A DNA stretch of 64,000 nucleotides, taken from NCBI GenBank assembly GCA_036781225.1, contig DAIQBJ010000001.1, forward strand, positions 1,389 to 65,388, read 5' to 3'. The notes beneath the pieces were generated by a model. The model worked only from the letters and a program-made list of their open reading frames with translations. It searched no databases and had not been told where the DNA came from. Position 1 is the stretch's first letter; every line of letters begins with the position of its first letter. The position numbers and the translations under genes were made by a program. Shown here one piece after another: positions 35,453 through 45,077 of this stretch. The stretch is from Gemmatimonadales bacterium. GTDB taxonomy: Bacteria; Gemmatimonadota; Gemmatimonadetes; Gemmatimonadales; GWC2-71-9.

Positions 35453-36387
35453 ACGCCCTGCCCCGCTTCCTCCAGCTCGCGACCACCGACGTACTGCAGA
35501 GCGATCAGCGCGGGAAACAAAAGGAGCATGAAAATTGTCGTGGCGGCACTCGAGACCTGAAACGAATCGAGGTTGTAGGTGTCATAGAGCGCCGCCGGAT
35601 AGCTCTGGTTGATGGGCGTATTCAACAGGAAGCTTGCATTGAACTCTCCGAGGGAGATCGCGAATACCAGTAGCGAGCCGACCAAAATCGCATGCTTGAG
35701 ATTCGGAAGGATGACCCATCGCATCCGCTGCGACCACGTCGCGCCGAGGCTGGCCGCTGCCTGCTCGAGGGCGATGAAGTCAAAGCTGCGCAGAGTGTTC
35801 GTGACCGCACGGATCATGAAAGGCATGGTGTAGAGCAGGTGGCCAACCAGGATGATGTACCACGTGGGCCGTAGCGTCGTGTGAGCTTGAATTAGCGCAA
35901 TGGCCACGGCAATTCCTGGGATCGACATCGGCAAGAGCACGATCTCTTCCACGAGCGCTTGTCCGCGGAACCGGTACCGAACGAGCGCATACGACGCGGC
36001 GACGCCGATTACGGTCGTCAGCACGACGGAGACGACCGCGAGTTGAAGGGTGAAGAGGATCGTTCTGCCATACACGCGGAATACATAGCGGTACCACAGG
36101 GAGGTGAAGAAACCCGCCTGCGCCTGTGTACGCTCCACGAACACGCCGCCGCCCGTCGCCGGCGCGTGCCAGCCGGGACCGACTTCGCTGGCTGTGCCCA
36201 TCGCCTTGGACGTCGTCATGGCACCCCAGAACGAGACGGCGACGGGCGAAAGGATGGCGAGCGCGAGCAGTACGCTGATCAAATAAGCGACGCCGGTGAG
36301 GAATCGCACGCCCGCCGTGGTCAGCGCGATCGGCCGCGGCCGACCAGCGAGGGTTGCGGCGACGGTGTTAGCGCTGCTTGAAGACAT
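35449..36387 (-). CDS. ABC transporter permease (PotC/CysW-like)
   Basis: 312 aa from the ATG at 36387 (MSSSSANTV...) with EAA loop LEQAAASLGATWSQRMRWVILP. The track start at 36537 overlaps the upstream permease gene. Confidence 0.8.
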   Translation of the reverse strand: MSSSSANTVAATLAGRPRPIALTTAGVRFLTGVAYLISVLLALAILSPVAVSFWGAMTTSKAMGTASEVGPGWHAPATGGGVFVERTQAQAGFFTSLWYRYVFRVYGRTILFTLQLAVVSVVLTTVIGVAASYALVRYRFRGQALVEEIVLLPMSIPGIAVAIALIQAHTTLRPTWYIILVGHLLYTMPFMIRAVTNTLRSFDFIALEQAAASLGATWSQRMRWVILPNLKHAILVGSLLVFAISLGEFNASFLLNTPINQSYPAALYDTYNLDSFQVSSAATTIFMLLLFPALIALQYVGGRELEEAGQGV

Positions 36388-37258
36388 AGTGTTTCTCGCC
36401 CAGGCGGCGCAAGTACAGATTGGTCGTGAGTGTGACGACCAGCATGACGACGCAGAGGGCACTCGCGAACTCGAAGTTGGCGTATCCCGTGATCTCGAGA
36501 AAGATATCGACGGGCAGCAGGTTGAACTTTTTGGCAATGATCAACGCGACGCCGAAAGACCCCATGGAGACCGCGAAGGCCAGCGCCACGGTCGAGATGA
36601 TCGCTGGAAGGAGCAAGGGGACGAGGACATACCAGAGCCGCTGCCACAACGTCGCGCCGAGACTGCGGGCGGCGGCGTCGAGGTCGAAGTCGAATTTCCG
36701 GATCGCCGCTTCCAGCGTGAGCGTCGCGCGCGGGATCTCGAAGTATATGTATGCGACGACGAGGCCCGAAAGAGTGTAGGCCGTCATCGACAGATATGCT
36801 TCGCCCGTGAGCCAGTGCAGTACGGCAGGAATCGCGCCCCAACGTCCCAGCATGATCACGATCATGAATCCAACGATCACTCCCGAGAACGCCATCGGAA
36901 TCGTCAGTACGGCTCGAAACAGTCGCTTCCCCGGGAACCGCGTGCGCACCAGTACCCACGCCGGAGCGATGCACAGAATGACCGAGCCGATCGCGATGGC
37001 CAGGGACAGCACGACGCTGTGAAGCAGAGACGAGAGATAGTAGCCGTCACCAAACAGCTTCACATAGTTTTCGAGGGTGACCGTCTGCAGCCATTGCCCC
37101 GCACTCCAACCGCCAACCTGCTTGGTACGTCCCTCAAGGACGCCGCCGCCTGGCACGAGGCTGTTGGCTGCTAGATAGCAGAGCGGGTACAGCAGAAAGA
37201 CGAAGAGGAAGGCGACGAGCGGTAGTACGAGCAAACCGCCGCTCGCACGTTGCTTCAT
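36368..37258 (-). CDS. ABC transporter permease (PotB/CysT-like)
   Basis: 296 aa, six TM segments, with LDAAARSLGATLWQRLWYVLVP. Confidence 0.85.
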   Translation of the reverse strand: MKQRASGGLLVLPLVAFLFVFLLYPLCYLAANSLVPGGGVLEGRTKQVGGWSAGQWLQTVTLENYVKLFGDGYYLSSLLHSVVLSLAIAIGSVILCIAPAWVLVRTRFPGKRLFRAVLTIPMAFSGVIVGFMIVIMLGRWGAIPAVLHWLTGEAYLSMTAYTLSGLVVAYIYFEIPRATLTLEAAIRKFDFDLDAAARSLGATLWQRLWYVLVPLLLPAIISTVALAFAVSMGSFGVALIIAKKFNLLPVDIFLEITGYANFEFASALCVVMLVVTLTTNLYLRRLGEKHYVFKQR

Positions 37259-37283
37259 CGCCTTCGCTCTCCGATCGCCTGGC

Positions 37284-38369
37284 TCACCGAGCGCGACGGA
37301 CCTGCTCGATCCAGGCTTTCTTGTAAGCGTCGACCATCTTCACTTTCTGCGGCAGATCGTAAGGCTTGAGGCCGTCATACGAGCCGTAGAGAGGCTTCAT
37401 CTTGGCGGCGATCTCCGGAGTCAAGGCTCCGGGATGGATTGGCCGGAAGAATGACTCGGCGAACACGCGCTGAGCCTCTTCGGTATTGAGCCAGTCGAGC
37501 GCAAGCTTCGCTAGTCGCGGAGTCGGCGCGTTCTTCACGAGCGCAACGTTCAACGGAAATACCGTGGAGCCCTCGCACGGGATCACGACCTCCACCGGGC
37601 CGCCGTCGTGGTGCTTCATCTTGTAGCCGCTGCCGTCGGCATGGATCCAGATCGGAATCTCGCCCCGGAGCGAGGGGTTGTACGACGTCTCCTTGTTGTA
37701 CGAAATGATATTTGGGTGGAGCTTCTTCAGATACTCGATCCCTGGGGTGAAGTTGTCGTATGAGCCCCCGTGCACCCAGAGCGCCGTGAAGATGGCATCG
37801 AACGCGGTCCCCTGCACTGTTGGATCGTCATAAGCCACGAGATTCTTGTACTCGGGCTTGATCAGATCGCTCCAACACTTTGGGACGGCTGCCTTTGCGG
37901 CAGCGAGCGCCTTGGTGTTGACGACGAATGCAATCGTTCCGTAGTGGATGTTGAACCACCGACCGTCGGCGTCCTTGTGCTCTTTCGGGATGAGATCCCA
38001 GCCCTTCGGCTTGTATGGTTCGTGGAGGCCGCGCTCAGCGGCCTGCGAGCCAATCGCCGCGTTGTAGTAGACGATTGAGGCCTGCGGCTTTGGTTGCTCG
38101 GCGATGAGAGCCGCCATCGCGGTCACGCTCGATTTCATGTCGGGCGGCCATGTGACGCCGTACTTGTCGGTAAAGAATTTCTGCACGCCGCCCCAGTTCG
38201 CGTAGTTCGGCTGATGGTCGTAGCCGATCAGTGTTGTGCCTTCGGCCTTCTTCGCGTCCTCTAGCGCGGCCTTGAACTCAGCCTGTGCCTTGGCGTCGAA
38301 GTGATTGGCCCGTACGCCATGTGGCCATAGTGGAATGATTGCGACGAGTGCCGCGATCAGAAGCCTCAT
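37284..38369 (-). CDS. ABC transporter periplasmic substrate-binding protein (family 1, Pot/Fe(III)-like)
   Basis: 361 aa with signal peptide MRLLIAALVAIIPLWPHGVRA. Located between the ATPase and permease genes with a 4-nt overlap. Confidence 0.75.
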   Translation of the reverse strand: MRLLIAALVAIIPLWPHGVRANHFDAKAQAEFKAALEDAKKAEGTTLIGYDHQPNYANWGGVQKFFTDKYGVTWPPDMKSSVTAMAALIAEQPKPQASIVYYNAAIGSQAAERGLHEPYKPKGWDLIPKEHKDADGRWFNIHYGTIAFVVNTKALAAAKAAVPKCWSDLIKPEYKNLVAYDDPTVQGTAFDAIFTALWVHGGSYDNFTPGIEYLKKLHPNIISYNKETSYNPSLRGEIPIWIHADGSGYKMKHHDGGPVEVVIPCEGSTVFPLNVALVKNAPTPRLAKLALDWLNTEEAQRVFAESFFRPIHPGALTPEIAAKMKPLYGSYDGLKPYDLPQKVKMVDAYKKAWIEQVRRAR

Positions 38370-39415
38370 GGGTCCTCCTTGTTCAGGACATGGATCTTGT
38401 CCACGTCCACCCGAACAGGAACAACATCGCCGACGTTGATTCGCTGCGATGCGCCCACGTCAAGCAGGACGCGATGGCCGGTCGCGGCGGAGGCGCGGAG
38501 CCGGATCCGGCTACCCAGGTACACCACGTCTTCGACCTTGAGAGAGAAATGTGGCGACGTCCCATCACTACAGACGCACACGTCTTCGGGCCTGAACATC
38601 ACGACGCGCTCACCCGCGGGAGCGGGATGTCCGGCAGCAGCAACAGAGCCGAACGGCAGCACGAACGCCCCGCGACCGTCGCACACGCATGGAATCAGAT
38701 TGGCGTTGCCGATAAACCTGGCGACGAAAAGCGAAGCAGGGCGGCTATAGATGTCGGCTGGTGTCCCCGTCTGCACTACGCGGCCGCTGCGCATCACGGC
38801 GACCTGGTCCCCCAGCGAGAGTGCTTCCGTCTGGTCGTGCGTGACGTAGACGGTCGTGGTGCGAAACTCCGTCAAAAACCGACGTAGCTCAGCACGAAGA
38901 TCGTCGCGGATCTGTGCGTCGAGCGCCGACAGCGGCTCGTCCATGAGAAGGATCTTGGGATTGAACACCATCGCCCGGGCGAGGGCCACGCGCTGCGCCT
39001 CACCGCCGGAAATCTGGCGGATCCGCTTGTCCCGAAGCTGTTCGATCTTCATCGTCGAGAGCATCCACGAGACGCGTTCCCGGCGCTCAGCTGTTGCGAC
39101 CCCACGAACTTTGAGGCCGAAGCCGACATTCTCTCCGACGGTCATATTTGGGAAGAGCGCGTAAGACTGGAAGACGACGCCGGCATCGCGTCGTTCTGCT
39201 GGAACCGCCGTAACGTCCTTCCCGTCGATCAACACCCGTCCTTCAGTCGTCTCGCCGAGGCCGCCAATGACTTTCAGCGCGGTGGACTTGCCCGATCCCG
39301 ACGGTCCGAGCACCGCCGTCACCTTGTCTTCGGGAACGGTGAGCGAGACGTGGTCGAGCGCGCGTGTGCCGTCCGGGTAAGTCACGCCGACGTCGATCAG
39401 CTCGATCGTGGCCAT
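38366..39415 (-). CDS. ABC transporter ATP-binding protein (PotA/CysA-like with C-terminal TOBE-like part)
   Basis: 349 aa from the ATG at 39415 (MATIELIDVGVTY...) with VLGPSGSGKSTAL, ISGGEAQRVALARAM and LLMDEPLSALD. The track start at 39871 is an extension. Confidence 0.9.
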   Translation of the reverse strand: MATIELIDVGVTYPDGTRALDHVSLTVPEDKVTAVLGPSGSGKSTALKVIGGLGETTEGRVLIDGKDVTAVPAERRDAGVVFQSYALFPNMTVGENVGFGLKVRGVATAERRERVSWMLSTMKIEQLRDKRIRQISGGEAQRVALARAMVFNPKILLMDEPLSALDAQIRDDLRAELRRFLTEFRTTTVYVTHDQTEALSLGDQVAVMRSGRVVQTGTPADIYSRPASLFVARFIGNANLIPCVCDGRGAFVLPFGSVAAAGHPAPAGERVVMFRPEDVCVCSDGTSPHFSLKVEDVVYLGSRIRLRASAATGHRVLLDVGASQRINVGDVVPVRVDVDKIHVLNKEDP

Positions 39416-39434
39416 GACCTTGACGGTTTCTTCG

Positions 39435-39659
39435 CTAGAACCAGTACCAGCGTTGCGACGCCCGGGTGGCCTCACCCAGCGCCGGCGGCGGGGTGCGACG
39501 GACGGCGACGACGTACGCCATCGTGGCCACGACCGCGGAGACGAGGACGAGCCAGAAGTCCCGAGTCGCAAAGCCCACGTAGGCGGTTGCCGCAGCAACA
39601 AGTCCAGCTTCGGTGACCAAAAAACTCCACCAGGCGAACCGGCGCAGACCCCGCGGCAT
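39435..39659 (-). CDS. Possible small two-TM membrane protein (74 aa)
   Basis: Its ATG lies 1 nt after the stop of the NarI-like gene. Two hydrophobic stretches are visible (FAWWSFLVTEAGLVAAATAYVGF, FWLVLVSAVVATMAYVVAV). No family recognised. Confidence 0.4.
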   Translation of the reverse strand: MPRGLRRFAWWSFLVTEAGLVAAATAYVGFATRDFWLVLVSAVVATMAYVVAVRRTPPPALGEATRASQRWYWF

Positions 39660-39660
39660 C

Positions 39661-40458
39661 TCAGCGGCTCCCTACGCGCGGCTTCAGGAGTCCTTCCATG
39701 ACCGTGCGGACCTTGGCCTCTCGGATTGCCGGTTGCGAATAGAAGATGCGGCCGAGTGGGGCCGCGAAGACATGGATCATGCGGCTCCACCCGAGATACG
39801 CGAGAAAGCCGGACGCCAGTACGGCATGGGTCATCCAAAAGAACGAATAGGATCCGGTGTACGGAGCCCATCCGCGCAGCGCCTCGCCCATCCAGTAGCC
39901 GAGCAGGATCCAGCCGAAACCGGGCTGCGCCGGCACGTTGGCGAAATGGAGACCCTGGGCGATGAATCCCGTCAGAACAACAAGCAGCAGGAAGATCGTG
40001 CCGGGCGTGTCATTGAACTTTGCTTCATCCGTTCCTGCAGTCATCGCTCCGCGCACGAGCGCGATCAACAGTCCGACCAGAAGGACCATGCCCGACACGT
40101 TCAAGCCGAACTTGAGGAAGAGCCAGCCGGCGTTTCCGGTCATGAACGGCTCGGACGGCAGATATTTCGTGAGAAGCGCGGTCAGGATGTCGAAGACGAA
40201 GAGAACGGAAAACCCCCAGGAAATCAGCATATGGCGCGTCCACGGAAGGCGGCCGCGTAGCCGAATGCGTCGCTGAACGACGACCTCGTCGGCGTACGCC
40301 TGCGCGAGCGCGGCGGCGTCGACAGCGCCGAGCGGTATGAACCGACCACTGGCACCGAAGATCACTGCAAGCTTCGAGAAGAGGTTGCGATAGAGGCCGA
40401 TGAATAGGGCGCCGATGAAGAGCGGGATGAGGATCCAGAACAGCGCCATCAATGTCAT
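39661..40458 (-). CDS. Integral membrane subunit, NarI/DsrM-like (putative di-haem b quinol-interacting anchor)
   Basis: 265 aa with about 5-6 TM segments and His residues inside predicted helices (WTRHMLISWG, GLHFAN, WMTHAVL, RMIHVFAAP). Directly follows the Mo/FeS subunit genes. Confidence 0.5.
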   Translation of the reverse strand: MTLMALFWILIPLFIGALFIGLYRNLFSKLAVIFGASGRFIPLGAVDAAALAQAYADEVVVQRRIRLRGRLPWTRHMLISWGFSVLFVFDILTALLTKYLPSEPFMTGNAGWLFLKFGLNVSGMVLLVGLLIALVRGAMTAGTDEAKFNDTPGTIFLLLVVLTGFIAQGLHFANVPAQPGFGWILLGYWMGEALRGWAPYTGSYSFFWMTHAVLASGFLAYLGWSRMIHVFAAPLGRIFYSQPAIREAKVRTVMEGLLKPRVGSR

Positions 40459-40467
40459 CGCCGCCTC

Positions 40468-40980
40468 CTACCGGATCACGAACATCGCCGGCGCGGCCGG
40501 CCCACCGACACGCTCGCCGCCTGACTTGGCGGCGAGTCGTTCCAAGTCGGCCATCTCACCGCTGATGATCGCTTTGGTTGGACACACCTCCTCACACGCT
40601 CGCGGCAGCTCGGCCGGACGGTCCGCGCAGAACGTGCACTTCGACATCTTGCCCTCCGCGCCGAACTGAGGGACGCCGAACGGACAGGCCCAGAAGCAGA
40701 ACATGCAGCCAACGCACGTTGCCTGATCGACCAGGACGACTCCATCCGTGCGCTTGGTGATCGCGCCGACAGGACATGATTGCAGGCACGGCGCGTGGTC
40801 ACAGTGCAGGCACGGCATCGACAGGTTGCGTGTGCCGACATTCGGATAAACACCCGTCTCGATCTTCACGATTTGCCGCCACGAAACCGCGCCTGTTGCG
40901 TTCCAGGTCGCGCACGCAACTTCGCAGGCGTAACAGCCGGTGCATTTGCCGATGTCGAACAGCCAGCCTCGGCTCGCCAT
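40468..40980 (-). CDS. Four-cluster [4Fe-4S] ferredoxin subunit (DmsB/PsrB-like)
   Basis: 170 aa from the ATG at 40980 (MASRGWLFDIGKCTGC...). Four Cys groups: CTGCYACEVAC, CLHCDHAPCLQSCP, CVGCMFCFWACP, CTFCADR...ACEEVCP. No twin-arginine motif. Confidence 0.85.
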   Translation of the reverse strand: MASRGWLFDIGKCTGCYACEVACATWNATGAVSWRQIVKIETGVYPNVGTRNLSMPCLHCDHAPCLQSCPVGAITKRTDGVVLVDQATCVGCMFCFWACPFGVPQFGAEGKMSKCTFCADRPAELPRACEEVCPTKAIISGEMADLERLAAKSGGERVGGPAAPAMFVIR

Positions 40981-40985
40981 TGCGC

Positions 40986-43076
40986 CTACACCTTCCTGAC
41001 TCGGACTTTGCACTCGTTGTAGCCGATGCCGCCTGAAATCGGATTCACATTCGTCCCGAGAATCGGATTGATGTGGGTGCCGCGTCCTTTCGCAATGCCT
41101 TGCCAGTGTCCGAAGCCGTGACCATGGCGAACGCACACAACGCCAGGCCGGATGCCCGGTCGCACCTTCGCTCGAATCGTGACCGCCGCCTGCGGAGAGG
41201 CCACCTCGATGCGGTCTCCATCCTTGATTCCCAAGCGGGCGGCATCGCTCGCGTTGAGCTCGGCCCAGTTCTCGCTACGGATCTTCATGAGGATCGGATT
41301 GTTCTGCGTCGTGAGGTTGCAGTGCATCTCGAATTTGGTATTGATCAACTGGAATGGGTAGTCGGCGTCGGGAATCACACTGCGCTCTCGGTATTCCGGC
41401 AGCGCGTTGTACCCGTTCTTCGCGAACGCCTCGGACATCAGCTCGATCTTGCCGGTCGGGGTTGAAAAGCCCGACTGCCGGTACTTGTGATACTTCAGCT
41501 CGCCCGACCAGAATCCTGTTTTCTTCATCGTCTCGAGGTCAGTGGGCAAGCCACCGATGATCCGACGTCCCCACTCTTCCCACGAGTTCCACCGAAACAG
41601 GTCGCCATATCCCATCTTTTCGGCGAGCCCGCGGACGATCTCGTATACCGGCCGTGCCTCGTGGTATGGCGGCAGCGCCGGCACGCAGATAATCGCTTCC
41701 GGTGGCATGGCGAGGCTCTGACGGATCTCCGCACGCTCGTAGAACGACGCTTCGGGCAGCACGAACTCGCATTCTGCTGCCGTCTCGCTGAAGTACGTAT
41801 CGATCGCCACCGACAGCTCCAGCGCCTGGACCGCCTTGCGGTACAGCGCCGTGTTCGGCTCACTCATGACCGGATTCGTGCATTGGAAGAACAAGCCCTT
41901 CACGGGGTACGGCGTTCCTTCGAGAATCGCCTTCGGCAACAGTTGCGTTGGAAGATCAGGCGCGAGCGGGTAGCCCATGGCGACATGCAGCGGCGGGCGC
42001 GCGGGCTTGGTCTTGCGCTCGTCGGGAATCGTGAGCGGCGGCTGAAGTGGCGCCCAATCCTTGAGGATCAAATTGCCCGGCCCGTCGATCTGCCCGGTGA
42101 GCGCGTCGAGGATGTACACGAGCCGCGAGGCGTCGAGGCCGTTGGCGTAGTTTCCAAGTCCCTTGAATGTCTCGATGATCGCCGGGCGCGCGCTCGCGAA
42201 CTCGCGCGCCAGCCGCCGGATGGTATTGGCCGCGACACCGGTGATGCTCGCCGCCCATTCGGGCGTGTAGCCTCGCGCGATCACGTGCCGACAGAACTCG
42301 TCAAAGCCGTGAGTCCACTGACGGCAGAACGGCTCATCGTAGAGCCGCTCCTGCACGATGACGTGCGCCATTGCGAAGAGCAGCGCACCGTCTGTCCCCG
42401 GCGCGATCGGGATCCACTCGTTAGCCTTCTCCGCCGTGGCTGTGAAGGCCGGGTCGACCACGATGAGACGAGCGCCGTTTGAGACCGCGGCCAACAGACC
42501 CCGGCTCTCGTAGAGATTCTGATTGGCACCCAGCATGTTTATGCCGAGGAGCATCACGAACTTCGCGTTCTCGTAGTCGTGGACGGGAAAGACGTGCCCG
42601 AGCACCGTTAGCGCAGCCAGACGCCGATCCTGCTCGCACGCGGAAGTGTGCCCGTAATAGTTCGGGGTGCCGTAGCACTCGGTGAGAAAGAGCTGAGCGA
42701 AGACGCTGTTGGGATCGACGTGCCAGAGGTACGCCACGGCCTCCGGCCCGTACTTCGCCTTGATGTCAGTCAGCTTCCGTGCGATCTGCGTGAACGCTTC
42801 GTCCCAGCTGATGCGCTCGAACCGGTTTGGGCCGATGCGTCGCATCGGGTGCTTGAGGCGATTGTCGTCCTTCGCGAGCACGTGGCTCGCTTCGCCCTTC
42901 ACACAGCGTGAGCCCTTCGTGGACGCTCGTGTATTGCCGCGAACATAGACGACTTCGCCTCGGCGCGTGAAGACCTCCGTCGGACAGGTCCATGGGCATA
43001 CGTAGCAGATGCCAGGAGTCATCTCCGCGTCGCGGAGCCGTTCCAGCGTCTCCGTCGTGCCGGCCGTCTCCTTCAT
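40986..43076 (-). CDS. Molybdopterin (bis-MGD) oxidoreductase catalytic subunit, DMSO-reductase superfamily, no Tat signal
   Basis: 696 aa with an N-terminal [4Fe-4S] motif C-x2-C-x3-C-x26-C (ICYVCPWTCPTEV...GSRCVKGE) and a candidate Cys ligand in YGHTSACEQD. The N-terminus MKETAGTTETLERLRDAEM lacks RR. Confidence 0.8.
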   Translation of the reverse strand: MKETAGTTETLERLRDAEMTPGICYVCPWTCPTEVFTRRGEVVYVRGNTRASTKGSRCVKGEASHVLAKDDNRLKHPMRRIGPNRFERISWDEAFTQIARKLTDIKAKYGPEAVAYLWHVDPNSVFAQLFLTECYGTPNYYGHTSACEQDRRLAALTVLGHVFPVHDYENAKFVMLLGINMLGANQNLYESRGLLAAVSNGARLIVVDPAFTATAEKANEWIPIAPGTDGALLFAMAHVIVQERLYDEPFCRQWTHGFDEFCRHVIARGYTPEWAASITGVAANTIRRLAREFASARPAIIETFKGLGNYANGLDASRLVYILDALTGQIDGPGNLILKDWAPLQPPLTIPDERKTKPARPPLHVAMGYPLAPDLPTQLLPKAILEGTPYPVKGLFFQCTNPVMSEPNTALYRKAVQALELSVAIDTYFSETAAECEFVLPEASFYERAEIRQSLAMPPEAIICVPALPPYHEARPVYEIVRGLAEKMGYGDLFRWNSWEEWGRRIIGGLPTDLETMKKTGFWSGELKYHKYRQSGFSTPTGKIELMSEAFAKNGYNALPEYRERSVIPDADYPFQLINTKFEMHCNLTTQNNPILMKIRSENWAELNASDAARLGIKDGDRIEVASPQAAVTIRAKVRPGIRPGVVCVRHGHGFGHWQGIAKGRGTHINPILGTNVNPISGGIGYNECKVRVRKV

Positions 43077-43105
43077 AAGCGCCTCATGCCTTCGGTCGCG
43101 CAGGT

Positions 43106-43136
43106 GCCGGCAGCCATACCGCGTGCGGCCGCCGGC
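43106..43136 (-). other. Intercistronic GC-rich stem-loop
   Basis: GCCGGCAGCC (43106-43115) and GGCCGCCGGC (43127-43136) pair as a 10-bp stem (one G-U on the minus-strand RNA) with an 11-nt loop and no U-tract. It lies in the 69-nt gap between the Liv-type SBP gene and the Mo-enzyme gene. Confidence 0.3.
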
Positions 43137-43145
43137 GCGAGCGAC

Positions 43146-44333
43146 CTACTTCATCCACTTCGGCGTGAAGACCTCGAAGTCGCCATTCTTGACCTGAAGC
43201 CACGACATCTCGCGGATCATGAAGTGTTCGGGCGCGTTGCCTTTGCCGATGGTCACGCTCGGGATGAGACCGCCCTTCCAGTCCCTGATGGTTTCCAGCG
43301 CCTCAACCAACCCATCGCGCGTGACCTTGTTCGTCTCCTTCGGCATGCGGCCAAGCGCCTCGGTGACGACCTGAGCGCCCGCGTACCCCCACATGTGGAT
43401 CGCGTCCGGCTCCTCATTCGGGTAGTACTTCTTGAGAAGGGCGACGAACTGCTTCATCTGCGGATCCGGGGAATTCGGACGGCGGAAGATCGTGCTGAAG
43501 TAAGCGCCGTCGACCGCTTCCTTGCCCGCGAGCTCGATCACCTTCGGGCTCTGCCCGAAGAACACCACGACCACCGGCGCCTTCCATCCAAGCTTTTGTC
43601 GTTCGGTGAAGAAGCGCGCAGCGTGCTCCGGTGCACAGGAGCAGAGGTGCACATCGGGATTCGCTCCCTTCATCTTGATGACCTGCGCGCTCACGTCCAG
43701 CTCGTTTTTCTCATAGGGCTCCTTCGCGACGAGCTGAACGCCGTACTTCGAAAGGACCGACTCGATGCCTTCGATGTGCGTCTTTCCGGATGGGTCGTTC
43801 TGGTAGAGGAGGGATACGGTCTTCGCCCCAAGCTGCTCCTTCGCAAAACGCACGAGATCCTGGCCTTCCGTTTTGTAGCTCGGGTAGAGCGGGAAGACGT
43901 ACTTCGACGGGAAGTCCAGGTTCTTGGCGGCTCCCGTGCCTGCGCCAAGGAGCGGAACCTTGTTTTCTGCGATGTAGTCGATCACGGCACTCGTCGGCGC
44001 CGAGCCGAGCGGGTTGGCGATCGCAAAGCAGTTATCGCGCTCGATGAACTCCTTCACGACGACCGTCGTCCGTGAGGGGTTGTACTGATCGTCGACCATC
44101 TTGAAGTTGATCTTTCGACCGTTCACGCCCCCCTGTTCGTTGACATGCCGGTACCAGACGTCAGCGCCTTTCCCCATGCGGAAGTACGTGGACTCTTTGC
44201 CCGTCATCGGCTGATAGGAGCACAGCAAGATCTCCTTATCGGTTACGCCAGGCGCCTGAGCATTGGCTACGTCCGCGAGCCCCATTCCGGCCGCGGCGAC
44301 CAGCATCATTACTGCGATCATCCGTTTGTGCAT
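43146..44333 (-). CDS. Liv-type (PBP1) ABC substrate-binding protein
   Basis: 395 aa from the ATG at 44333 preceded by AGGAGGG, with signal peptide MHKRMIAVMMLVAAAGMGLADVANA. Confidence 0.85.
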   Translation of the reverse strand: MHKRMIAVMMLVAAAGMGLADVANAQAPGVTDKEILLCSYQPMTGKESTYFRMGKGADVWYRHVNEQGGVNGRKINFKMVDDQYNPSRTTVVVKEFIERDNCFAIANPLGSAPTSAVIDYIAENKVPLLGAGTGAAKNLDFPSKYVFPLYPSYKTEGQDLVRFAKEQLGAKTVSLLYQNDPSGKTHIEGIESVLSKYGVQLVAKEPYEKNELDVSAQVIKMKGANPDVHLCSCAPEHAARFFTERQKLGWKAPVVVVFFGQSPKVIELAGKEAVDGAYFSTIFRRPNSPDPQMKQFVALLKKYYPNEEPDAIHMWGYAGAQVVTEALGRMPKETNKVTRDGLVEALETIRDWKGGLIPSVTIGKGNAPEHFMIREMSWLQVKNGDFEVFTPKWMK

Positions 44334-44366
44334 GACCGACCCTCCTGGATTGGCGAACACTGCGCC

Positions 44367-45077
44367 TTACCCCGCCGCCTGACGACCGAGGTACGACCGC
44401 ACTACGTCGTTACGATCCTTCAGTTCCTCCGCTGTACCCTCGAGCACGACTCGGCCCACCCGGAGCACATAGGAATAGTGGGCAATGGACAATGCCTGAT
44501 AGGCGTTCTGCTCCACGAGCAGCACGGTGACGCCGTCCGCATTGATGGTGCGAATGATCTTGAAAATCTCGGCAACGAGCTTGGGCGCGAGCCCGAGCGA
44601 CGGCTCGTCGAGCAAAAGGATCCTCGGTCGAGCCATCAATGCCCGGGCGATCGCAAGCATCTGCTGCTCACCACCTGAGAGCGAGCCGCCCGCCTGTTTG
44701 CTACGCCGATCGAGGATTGGGAAGTAGCTGTAGACACGCGCGAGGTCATCTACGAGGCTGCCATCGCGGCAGTACGCACCCATACGGAGGTTCTCGTGGA
44801 CCGAGAGTCCCGCGAAGATACGTCGGCCTTCCGGAACCTGCACGACTCCGCGCCGGACGATTTCCTCGGGGGTGAGCCGGTCGAGGCGGTCGCCGTCAAT
44901 CGCGATGCTACCGGCAGAGGTGCGCAATAGCCCCGAGATGGCACGCAAGGTTGTACTCTTGCCGGCGCCATTGGCGCCTAAGAGCGCGACGATTTGCCCA
45001 TCGCTGACCTTTAGCGTGACTCCTTTCAGGGCCTTGATTTGTCCGTAGCCCACCTCGACTGTCTCGAGGCTAAGCAC
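44367..45077 (-). CDS. Liv-type ABC ATP-binding protein (LivF-like)
   Basis: LLGANGAGKSTTL, LSGGEQQMLAIARAL, LLLDEPSLGLAP. A likely GTG start at 45077 overlaps the LivG-like stop by 8 nt; the track start is at 45095. Confidence 0.85.
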   Translation of the reverse strand: MLSLETVEVGYGQIKALKGVTLKVSDGQIVALLGANGAGKSTTLRAISGLLRTSAGSIAIDGDRLDRLTPEEIVRRGVVQVPEGRRIFAGLSVHENLRMGAYCRDGSLVDDLARVYSYFPILDRRSKQAGGSLSGGEQQMLAIARALMARPRILLLDEPSLGLAPKLVAEIFKIIRTINADGVTVLLVEQNAYQALSIAHYSYVLRVGRVVLEGTAEELKDRNDVVRSYLGRQAAG

